Positions 26,902 to 34,896 of a stretch of 45,388 bases of DNA are shown here, piece by piece; positions within the stretch are counted from its first letter, which is position 1, and each line of letters opens with the position of its first letter. The translations under genes were made by a program, and so were the position numbers. The notes under the pieces were generated by a model. That model made no database searches and was not told where the DNA came from. It saw only the letters and a list, made by a program, of their open reading frames with translations. The DNA is from Limisphaerales bacterium (lineage in GTDB: Bacteria; Verrucomicrobiota; Verrucomicrobiia; Limisphaerales; SIBE01). The stretch covers positions 1 through 45,388 of the forward strand of contig JBGAIN010000049.1 in assembly GCA_044225505.1 (NCBI GenBank), given 5' to 3'.

Positions 26902-27528
26902 ATGAACCGATTCCCGTTGTCCCAACACTCCCGCTTGCTGTGCTTTTTGTTCCTTCTTGTCTTGCCAGTCACCGGTCACGCGCATTCAGTCGGCACTGGA
27001 GGAGAGATTGCCAGTGGGATGCTTCACCCCCTGCTCAATCCCAGCCATGTTCTAATCCTCGTCGGTCTGGGATTGGTGATTGGCCAACATTCTCCGTTGG
27101 ACCTAGAAACACCGGTGAAAATTTCAATGCCGGTTTCTGCCTTGGCTCTGCTGCTGACAACGACCGGCGCGATTCCAAACGTTTATCAGCCAATTCTAGC
27201 CTCGATCGCACTCGCCGCCGGAGTTCCCGTCGCGCTGGAAAAAGCGCTTTCGCCTTTGGTGTGCAACGTTTTTGTGGGCGTTGGCATATTCGCTATAGGA
27301 CTTGATTCCGGGGTTGAAGGCGGATCTCCGCTAGGAACATTCAAGACTCTCTCCATGACCTGGGTGACGTTGAATCTCGTGGTCTTCAATCTGGCTTTTT
27401 ACGTATCGGCGATGACCAAGAAGAAGTGGACAAAGGTCGGTATCCGAGTCTTGGGCTCATGGCTGATCGCCATTTCGTTGCTGGTCTTGGCGTTTTACTT
27501 CAAGAAACATCGTTCGGTCGGTGGCTAA
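26902..27528 (+). CDS. Divergent HupE/UreJ-like membrane protein
   Basis: GHA|H, GMLHPLLNPSH retained; FHGxAHG absent; RVLGSWL C-terminus. Confidence 0.75.
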   Translation: MNRFPLSQHSRLLCFLFLLVLPVTGHAHSVGTGGEIASGMLHPLLNPSHVLILVGLGLVIGQHSPLDLETPVKISMPVSALALLLTTTGAIPNVYQPILASIALAAGVPVALEKALSPLVCNVFVGVGIFAIGLDSGVEGGSPLGTFKTLSMTWVTLNLVVFNLAFYVSAMTKKKWTKVGIRVLGSWLIAISLLVLAFYFKKHRSVGG

Positions 27529-28432
27529 TGCGTTCAGGAAGCTTTTGCTTGAGCGATAACACTGGCGCAAACAGATCACCATGCTGCTTAACGCGCTCTA
27601 AAACGTCGGCCGCTTCAAAAGTCAGAAGTCCCGCCTTTTTCTTTTTCAACGCGGTCTGAACCTCGGTCCAATCGATCGGAGTGGAAACGGTGGGATGATC
27701 CTTGGCGCGAAGCGAGTAGACATTGACCGTCGTTTTGTGGTCGTCATTTTGACTCCAATCCACAAGCACTTTGCCACCCCGGAGATGTTTTTGCATCTTG
27801 GACACCACGAGCTTTGGGGATTCTCTTTCCATCGCTTCGGCAAGGGCATGCGCCCAAGCCTTTGTTTTTTCGTAACTCGTGGGAGTGTTCAGCGGAACGT
27901 AAACTTGAAGCCCTTTCGAACCTGAGGTCTTGGGAAAGCTCTTGAGCTTCAGCGCATCGAAGACTTCCTTCAGCCGAAGCGCAACGGCACAGCACGTCAG
28001 AATGTCCGCCGGCGGTCCGGGATCGAGATCAAAGGCCAGCGCTGTTGGTCGGAGCATGTGCGTCGCCTTATGCAGGAAGGTATGGAGCTCAAGGTCCGCC
28101 AGATTCGCTGCCCAGACGAGTGCGGACAGGCTGTTCATCAGGCAATAGTTGACTTCGCCTCCATGAGACTTCGCTACGGTCTGCGTTTTGACCCACTTTG
28201 GCCGGCTGGACGGGCACTGCTTTTCGTAAAAGAAAAAGCCTTCAACTCCGTCCGGATAGCGCTTCAAGGTGATCGGCCGATCCTTAAGGTGGGGAAGCAA
28301 GACCTCAGAGACCCGAATGTAATAGTCGATGACGTCACCTTTGGTAAACCCTGCCTTTGGGTAAAACACCTTGCCGAGGTTGGACACTTCAACGGTGGTT
28401 CCTCCCACGGAAAGCTTTGTTTTTTCAGCCAT
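27500..28432 (-). CDS. LigD-type primase-polymerase domain protein (standalone)
   Basis: VSNLGKVFYP, TKGDVIDYY, TLKRYPDG, FYEK, FDLDP, KTSGSKGLQVYVPL, VLVDWSQN, YSLRA..PTVSTP. Confidence 0.93.
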   Translation of the reverse strand: MAEKTKLSVGGTTVEVSNLGKVFYPKAGFTKGDVIDYYIRVSEVLLPHLKDRPITLKRYPDGVEGFFFYEKQCPSSRPKWVKTQTVAKSHGGEVNYCLMNSLSALVWAANLADLELHTFLHKATHMLRPTALAFDLDPGPPADILTCCAVALRLKEVFDALKLKSFPKTSGSKGLQVYVPLNTPTSYEKTKAWAHALAEAMERESPKLVVSKMQKHLRGGKVLVDWSQNDDHKTTVNVYSLRAKDHPTVSTPIDWTEVQTALKKKKAGLLTFEAADVLERVKQHGDLFAPVLSLKQKLPERISHRPNDVS

Positions 28433-28627
28433 AGTGCTCCCGGAACTTTCTTCCCCATGAGACGGTCGACGCCCAGACCTCTTGCTCGAGGTGAGAGTGA
28501 TCGGAACCTGGCGTGACGGAAGAGGAGGCGAGTGGGGCAGCGCCTTCAGCCATCACTCCGTCGATCATCGCCTCTTGGACACTCAACACTCCATGGGCGC
28601 GCCTTTAGGAGCGTTGACTGCGACGTC

Positions 28628-28810
28628 CTAACCCTTGCCTTTGACCTCTTCCTCTACTTTATCCGCTGAAGTTCCCACTTTTTGCACAGCTCTCTTGAGC
28701 TGCTCTGGAGTACACCCAAACTTAGTGCACCAGTCTCGAAGTTCGTAATCTTCGTTGACGTTAATCCTTTTGGAGTCCTGCGGTCGGGTTTTGGTTTTGT
28801 CGTCGGCCAT
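28628..28810 (-). CDS. DUF3606-like small protein
   Basis: MADDKTKTRPQDSKRINVNEDYELRDWCTKFGCTPEQLKRAVQKVG. Confidence 0.85.
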   Translation of the reverse strand: MADDKTKTRPQDSKRINVNEDYELRDWCTKFGCTPEQLKRAVQKVGTSADKVEEEVKGKG

Positions 28811-29060
28811 AAATCCTTTCATCTCGAGCGTTGTTGAAGATTACAAGCGCAAGGGAGGCGTTCGCAATCGTCTCCAACGCTTAACGCACCCTCAGCGGTT
28901 CCCTGAACTTGCGTGAGTGAAGGAGAGCCAAGCGCACTCTCAATCGAATGAGGCCGTCACTCGGCGTTCGATCGGTCGTGCCCCGTTTCGTTGTGCCGTT
29001 TGGCCACGCGGTGGATGGCAATATACTTCGCCGTGCGTTGCAGAGGGAAAATTCCTGGAC

Positions 29061-30476
29061 TTACTTCAATCTCTGCTCGAGGAACGAATACGCTCGCTCG
29101 CGGACTTCGATCGGGAAATCATGTCCGGCCACCGGATGTTCGACCACCAGGTTGTCGTCAGCATCGTGGAGTTGGTAAATGGGCCGGGCCGCGAGTTCGC
29201 AATCGACGACGCCGTTCATGGGGAAATTCGAGTCACCCGTTGGCGCATTCACGAACACTGCCCTGGGGGCAATGGACGCTAAGAGTTCGGTGAAGTCGAA
29301 CGGCATCCGGCTCGGGTTCGCGCCATACTCGGTCGCAATGCGAGGCATATACGCCGGACCGGACCACCCAGTGAGATCACCGCCTTGGTATTTGAAGAAG
29401 GAACAAAACCCGCAGCTCGTCACGGCGGCTTTGACTCGGGCATCGAAGGCAGCCAAGAAGAGCGTGTTGTGCCCGCCGAGAGAATGGCCGATACACCCGA
29501 GGCGGCTGGCGTCTACTTCTGGCAAGGAGGCCAAAACGTCCAGGGCTCGCTGATGATTGCGAATGGCTTTCATCGTCGCGCTGGCATAGCCGTGAGCATA
29601 CGGATCAAAGCGATAGTCACCGAAATTCGGGTAGTCGGGCACCAAGGTCACAAATCCACGTTCCGCGAGTTCGAGCGCATAATGCAAGTTCGTCGAGCCG
29701 CCGAGCCCCGCTGGTTCATCTTTGCCCATCGCGATGGTTTGATGAAGACAGAGCACCCCGGGCAGTTTACCTCCGGTGTTCCTGGGGATGAACAGGTAGG
29801 CTGGCACGGAATCTCCCGGTTCCACGACGAAAGCGATCTTGAGTCGTCTCCATGCGGCAGTTGACACTTCGGAGATCACCTCGATCAGGGAGGGGTTCGA
29901 ATCGTCCCTGTTGGGCAAGGCTCCCATGACCACTTGCATGGCCCCAAGCGTGTGAAATCTGCGCGTCGCCCATTCGCTGGCGTTGAGAACGCGGCGATCG
30001 ATTCCGTCCAAACCGCGATACCAGGGAAGATCCATCTTCTCGCTGTATAAGGGAACCGAAGCTGTGGCCCGGTAGAATCGTCGTTCTTCATCACAGGACG
30101 ACAAGCCATCGACGAGTTGCGGCTTGGCAGTTTGAAGAACCTGCAGCACCTGGGACCAGTCTGGCCGTTCCAGTTGGGTTGCCTGTTCCCAGCTCAGCTG
30201 CGCCCCAATCATGCCATCCACGTGAACGGACATTCCATTCGTCGTTCGTGTCGCGGTCACGCGCCCTGGGTCTATGGCTGCACTCCGCGGCAGCAAGAGC
30301 GACTCCGATGGAACCGAGTGCGCATCGCCCGGGTTGGTGGCGGGCTGAGCCATTAGCACCGGGGCCGCCAGCAGGATCCAAAGGCAGAGCCACGCGAGAT
30401 TGGAGCTCCGGCCGATCCCAGGAGCGACTGGGTCAGTGAGACTAAAAACGTCGAGCATGCGCATTCGGGTGCCCAC
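29061..30476 (-). CDS. Exported alpha/beta hydrolase (dienelactone hydrolase/esterase-like) with N-terminal RFYR-type module
   Basis: VLCLHQT, nucleophile GHSLGG, APTGDSNF, GHDFP; EERRFYRA precedes the hydrolase domain. Start uncertain. Confidence 0.88.
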   Translation of the reverse strand: MGTRMRMLDVFSLTDPVAPGIGRSSNLAWLCLWILLAAPVLMAQPATNPGDAHSVPSESLLLPRSAAIDPGRVTATRTTNGMSVHVDGMIGAQLSWEQATQLERPDWSQVLQVLQTAKPQLVDGLSSCDEERRFYRATASVPLYSEKMDLPWYRGLDGIDRRVLNASEWATRRFHTLGAMQVVMGALPNRDDSNPSLIEVISEVSTAAWRRLKIAFVVEPGDSVPAYLFIPRNTGGKLPGVLCLHQTIAMGKDEPAGLGGSTNLHYALELAERGFVTLVPDYPNFGDYRFDPYAHGYASATMKAIRNHQRALDVLASLPEVDASRLGCIGHSLGGHNTLFLAAFDARVKAAVTSCGFCSFFKYQGGDLTGWSGPAYMPRIATEYGANPSRMPFDFTELLASIAPRAVFVNAPTGDSNFPMNGVVDCELAARPIYQLHDADDNLVVEHPVAGHDFPIEVRERAYSFLEQRLK

Positions 30477-30519
30477 GGTAATAACGTCTACGCGCGGACA
30501 TGCAAGTCATGGTCGCGGC

Positions 30520-30567
30520 AAATGTCTCACACTCGGTTGCCAATTGGCGACAGAGTATGAGACATTT
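30520..30567. repeat. 48-bp palindrome A
   Basis: AAATGTCTCACACTCGGTTGCCAA|TTGGCGACAGAGTATGAGACATTT; 21/24 arm positions pair. Confidence 0.9.
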
Positions 30568-30787
30568 CGCGGAATTCGATGGCGTGGATGAGTCCCGTGC
30601 GGGAAGAATCGCACCTATCGGCTGACGCGTGGAGTCAGGGAAGGGTTAGGGATCGGCGTGGAAAATCCGCTATGGAAGAGGACGAGTCGACGATGGAGGG
30701 CGACAGAATGACACAGTCAAGACTCGGGGGCCGAACGGAGCAACCCCAATCTGCTGCCGGAGCAATCCCGGTGGAAGGCCGATTGGT

Positions 30788-30831
30788 GACCGGCGTTGCA
30801 CCGGCCTTGGACCGGCATTGCACCGGCCTTG
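30788..30831. repeat. 4 x 11-bp tandem repeat SACCGGCNTTG
   Basis: gaccggcgttg caccggccttg gaccggcattg caccggccttg. Confidence 0.85.
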
Positions 30832-30962
30832 CCTCGAATCAATCCCGGCTGGCTCAACTCAGGAATGCTTGCCCGGTCCCATTTAAACACCCTTATTCCG
30901 TTTCTTGTGCCGTTTTGTCTCTCGTTACCTCAGGGGAGAATGCCCCACGGGAGCTCCCATCC

Positions 30963-31010
30963 AAATGTTGCACACAACGGGAACAATTGTTCCCGTTGTG
31001 TGAGACATTT
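30963..31010. repeat. 48-bp palindrome B
   Basis: AAATGTTGCACACAACGGGAACAA|TTGTTCCCGTTGTGTGAGACATTT; 22/24 arm positions pair. Confidence 0.9.
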
Positions 31011-31060
31011 CGACCGTAAACCGCTTTCCTGGCTCGGCGCCTTCGGGCGGTGCAGTGGGA

Positions 31061-32746
31061 TCATTTCGGCCCGGCTGCCTTGAGCTGCTCCATCGTGGTG
31101 ATCCCAGGCGGGAGCGAGCCGAGTATGTTTTGCACCTTGGCCGGATCCAGTGGACGAGGGAGGTAGGGCTCCAATTGGGAGGCGTCGACCGTGATCAACC
31201 CGTTGTGGCCCTTCGCAAATTCCATCAAGCCGTTCCAAACGAGGTCGCCCAGATTGTTCACGCTGCTGGATTGAGTTCCGTTCATGCCGAATTTGTAACG
31301 CGAGTCGTACTCCTCATCGACGGGGGGAGCCTTCTCGCCAAAGAGAAATTCCGCTGCACCCACATCGGCCAGTTTCCCCGATTGCAGGAGCGCATACCGG
31401 GCGAGCATAGCGTCATCGACCGGCGTGTCGTAATAGGGCTTTAATTGCGACATCTCGGTCGGCAGCAGGCCATCATTCGCCTCGGCATATTTCTTCAAGG
31501 CCTCGAGAGTCATGTTACCAAAGGCGTGTTTCGCCCCATTTCTTAAATTGTGCAGAGCTTCGCGAACGTCAGTGTCGCTCTCCAGCGCCTTGGCATTCTT
31601 GATGGCGTCGAACCAATCTTTGTCGGTGACAAGCCGCAGTTCGGGGATGCTTTTGTCGGGCATCTGTCCCAAACGTTGCTTGAGTTGTGTCGCTCGCGCT
31701 GCCCAGGATTTCAGGGTGGCTTCGATGGCAGGATCGTTCCCGGTGGCGGCCTTGAGTTGAGCCAGCTCTCGTTCGCTTGCCTGCAGACGAGCCACTTGGG
31801 CCCGGAGTTTCATCAATTCGTTAGGCCGATCCGGTGCGTCTGCCGTCTTGGGCTGGGTGGCGGTAAGCCTCTCTCTTGCCTCATCACGCTCGTTGCCGAT
31901 TTGCTCGACTTGCTTGGCCAGGACGGATTCCCGCTGACGCAGCGTCAGAGTCTCTTCGCGCCAGCGGGTGGCCTGGCGATTCTCGTAGATGCCAGTTCCG
32001 ATCGCGGCGACGAGTGATGTTCCAATGAGGGTTTTCTGCAGTGTGGTCATAGCAACGGTCTGAATCGTGGCGGTGGTGATGACGGCGGTCGCGGCGGGAA
32101 GCGCGGCTACGGAAATCGCAGCTGCCATTCCCAGTGGCGCGGAGTGGACGGCATGGGCCGAAAGCACGACGGACAAAGAAGCGGCTGAGTTCATAATGCC
32201 GCGTTGCGAGAGAAGTCCGGAAAGTTTATCCAAGGCACGGGCCACGCGTTTCTGCGCTGTGTCATCGCTGACCCCAAGGGCAAGGCCCACCGCCCGCAAG
32301 TTTTGGTTCTTATAGTAGCGCAGCACGAGCGCGTCATAGTCGGGTTCGCTCAATTCCGACATGGCAGCATCGAGAGCGGGACGTAGGAGTGACCAGTCAA
32401 CGCTCGAGCCGCTCATTGAGTCCAATTGTTCCATGGCTTGCTTTTCGCGGGCGTAGCGGCGGAATTCATCGCGACGAAGATTGAGTGAGAGGTTGCGCGC
32501 GCTGCGACAAAGCCAACCGGCCAGCGAAGCGTTCTCAGCGAGTTTGCGTGATAGACCCTGCGCGCCGCGCGCCAACGCGATGAAGACAGTTTGTGCGACT
32601 TCGCCAGCCAAGTCGGGGGAGTCCAACTGCCGCAGCGCGGCGGAATAGACAAGATTGGTGTGTCGGGTCACGATCTCCGTGAACGCGGCCTCGGTGCCGT
32701 GCTCGGCGAATGCTCGGAGAAGTTGGGCATCGGACTGGGACTGCAT
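31061..32746 (-). CDS. ECF sigma factor with long C-terminal extension
   Basis: SDAQLLRAF..AFTEIVTRHTNLVYSAALRQ, SLAGWL, LDAAMSELSEPDYDALVLRYY..AQKRVARALDKL, then Ala-rich/TM linker MTTLQK and ~300 aa extension. Confidence 0.93.
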   Translation of the reverse strand: MQSQSDAQLLRAFAEHGTEAAFTEIVTRHTNLVYSAALRQLDSPDLAGEVAQTVFIALARGAQGLSRKLAENASLAGWLCRSARNLSLNLRRDEFRRYAREKQAMEQLDSMSGSSVDWSLLRPALDAAMSELSEPDYDALVLRYYKNQNLRAVGLALGVSDDTAQKRVARALDKLSGLLSQRGIMNSAASLSVVLSAHAVHSAPLGMAAAISVAALPAATAVITTATIQTVAMTTLQKTLIGTSLVAAIGTGIYENRQATRWREETLTLRQRESVLAKQVEQIGNERDEARERLTATQPKTADAPDRPNELMKLRAQVARLQASERELAQLKAATGNDPAIEATLKSWAARATQLKQRLGQMPDKSIPELRLVTDKDWFDAIKNAKALESDTDVREALHNLRNGAKHAFGNMTLEALKKYAEANDGLLPTEMSQLKPYYDTPVDDAMLARYALLQSGKLADVGAAEFLFGEKAPPVDEEYDSRYKFGMNGTQSSSVNNLGDLVWNGLMEFAKGHNGLITVDASQLEPYLPRPLDPAKVQNILGSLPPGITTMEQLKAAGPK

Positions 32747-32756
32747 CTCACCTATC

Positions 32757-32786
32757 AATAACCGTTAGAGGTGAAATCCGACAAAA
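32757..32786 (-). promoter_or_regulatory. Possible ECF autoregulatory promoter
   Basis: Minus strand TTTTGTCGGATTTCACCTCTAACGGTTATT immediately upstream of the sigma start. Confidence 0.35.
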
Positions 32787-32977
32787 TGTTTAATACTTAA
32801 CGATCGGCAGTGGACCCTGTTGTATGGCCAAAATGGCTGGAGCAAAGCGACCCCTCGGAATTAGACGCCTCCAATGCTCTGTCACATCCGCGCATTCGTT
32901 AATCCGAAATGAAATACGCCTATTTCCCAGGTCATTGAAATACTGGGCGCAACCTTCCGCTCTCTCTTTGTCTCTGA

Positions 32978-33235
32978 CTATTCTTGTTCCTCAGGCCGTT
33001 TCCCAAAGAACTCCAGATGACTGCAATCGCAGCACTGGAGGGCATACCCTTCGACGAGAAGAGCTTTGTATCTGCTGCCCAGCGTGCCGTGCCCGTGCCA
33101 GTGGAATCCGTCGTTTCCACAAAGAGTGCAAACCACGGACTTGCTGCCGATCCGGAACCGCTGAGGACTGGGATGGAATGTTTCTTTCAGAGCGACCTTG
33201 ATGGCACGCTTAATAGGACTGATAGTCTTGCTCAT
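32978..33235 (-). CDS. Small zinc-ribbon protein
   Basis: VVCTLCGNDGF and LQCCDCSHLEFF. Confidence 0.7.
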   Translation of the reverse strand: MSKTISPIKRAIKVALKETFHPSPQRFRIGSKSVVCTLCGNDGFHWHGHGTLGSRYKALLVEGYALQCCDCSHLEFFGKRPEEQE

Positions 33236-33394
33236 AAGAGTCTCCTGCGGATCGATGGTAACCTAATCAAAGGCTGCTTACAACCCGTTCTTGATCGCCG
33301 CCTTGAGGGCGAACCGCTAAAACACGGTTGTATCAAGGAACAAGCCGGTGCGACCGACTTGGCCACTGCGAACTCCAGCGACGGGGACCTGGAG

Positions 33395-34063
33395 CTATTT
33401 CGGCGTGAAAGTCAAATAATACTGGTAGGGCAGGAATTTCTGTTCGCCCGTGACCCGGAATCCGTTCTGTTCCATTTCTGCGATTAAGTCATCCCGGCTA
33501 ATACGCATCTCGGGAGGAGGTCCCACGGGCGTCGGTTCCTTTTTAAAATCGATCATCACCACTTCGCCGCCCGGTCTGAGGATCTTCTTGAGCAGGCCCA
33601 GGTATTGGGGATGGTCAGCAATGTGGTGCCAGGTATCGCAGATAAAAACCCGGTCCACCGAGCTGCCCGCGAGCAGCGGATCATCTGGTAGGCAGAGAAC
33701 GGTGGTGACGTTCTTTATCCCTAAGTCGCGAATGCGCCGGTTCAGGTGGACAATCATATCCGGGCTGACGTCCACCGCGTAAATGCGGCCCTTCTCGCCA
33801 ATGTGGCGGGCCAAGCGGAACGTGAAGTACCCGGAACCAGCGCCGATATCGGCAATCGCTTCGCCGTCTTTCAGCTGGAGTGCTTGAATGACCTCGTGCG
33901 GTTTCTGATAAGCATCGCGCTTGGGATCTTCCAGCATGGCGACATAGGCTTTGGGGTCCTGGTGCAAATGGTGCATTTCGTGCATCGTTCGGTTGGTCTG
34001 GTCTTGGGCATTTACGAAGGTCTGCGCCAACAAAAGCCCGACAAAGAATCTACTGGTTTTCAT
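33395..34063 (-). CDS. SAM-dependent methyltransferase with apparent signal peptide
   Basis: MKTSRFFVGLLLAQTFVNA|Q, MHEMHHLH, RDAYQKP, IADIGAGSGYF, YAVDV, DTWHH, LRPGG. Confidence 0.9.
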   Translation of the reverse strand: MKTSRFFVGLLLAQTFVNAQDQTNRTMHEMHHLHQDPKAYVAMLEDPKRDAYQKPHEVIQALQLKDGEAIADIGAGSGYFTFRLARHIGEKGRIYAVDVSPDMIVHLNRRIRDLGIKNVTTVLCLPDDPLLAGSSVDRVFICDTWHHIADHPQYLGLLKKILRPGGEVVMIDFKKEPTPVGPPPEMRISRDDLIAEMEQNGFRVTGEQKFLPYQYYLTFTPK

Positions 34064-34224
34064 AGGTATAGCTCGCGCTTTCTTTCGCCGGACTCGATTG
34101 GTCAACGGAGTGCATGCGTAGGTCCTGAATAACCACTATGGCAAAACCGAAGTGGACGAGAGAGCTGCAAAGCATCGTCACATGGGCTTACGAGTCAAAA
34201 CCGTGCGTTTTCTGGTGCGCAGGG

Positions 34225-34431
34225 TCACGTCCCGGATTTGCGGCCGTCTCCGGGAGCGCGAAGAGCGACGAGATAGTGCACGAGAATGAGCAGGAGCGCT
34301 GACAGTGCCCCGGCCATCAGCCCAAACTTGAACCGGAACAATCCGAGGAATGGAAGGACCACCGCCCAGCCAACGAAGGTTCCCAGTGCCATTCTCAAAC
34401 CCTGCTTTAGCGTGTCCTTTGAACTCATCAT
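34225..34431 (-). CDS. Small two-TM membrane protein
   Basis: Two hydrophobic segments in 68 aa. Confidence 0.5.
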   Translation of the reverse strand: MMSSKDTLKQGLRMALGTFVGWAVVLPFLGLFRFKFGLMAGALSALLLILVHYLVALRAPGDGRKSGT

Positions 34432-34601
34432 GTTCTTTTGTTACGGAACGTCATGTGACGACGACAATGCACCAAGCTGTGCACCGCGGTCTTCGGCGAT
34501 GCGTTCGATGACGATCCTCGAATCAAAGCAGACGCGGGAAGGTGGGTCAAAGATTAATCCCGCGCTAAATTGATTTGGGGCGTATCTTGACAGTACCACC
34601 A

Positions 34602-34711
34602 GGATCGCGGGATTTATCCCGCAGGAATGTCCGCAGGCACGACCGCGATCGCGACGGATTCGAGCGCTGCTGGCTGCATCGGACGGTCCGGCGGACTCAA
34701 GTCCGCGCGCC
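34602..34711. repeat. REP-like inverted doublet
   Basis: Hairpins GCGGGA-TTTA-TCCCGC (34607-34622) and GCGGAC-TCAA-GTCCGC (34691-34706) with inverted flanks, in an intergenic region. Confidence 0.55.
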
Positions 34712-34896
34712 AACAAAGGGTGGTACTGTCGAGATGCACCCATTGATCTGGGCTGCGGCCAGATCCGACGCTTTCGCCGCCACAAATGTGAGATTTCGGC
34801 GCGACGGGAGTGAGGAAATGGCCGCACGGATGTCAAATCCGCTATGGGCTCAAGCCGTTCTTGTTTTAGCCAGTGTTGGATCGCGCGTGCGCTGCG

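Noticed and set aside
30520..31010. CRISPR array or tRNA/riboswitch
   Set aside because: Only two long palindromes ~395 bp apart, no repeat-spacer periodicity, no cas genes, no cloverleaf.
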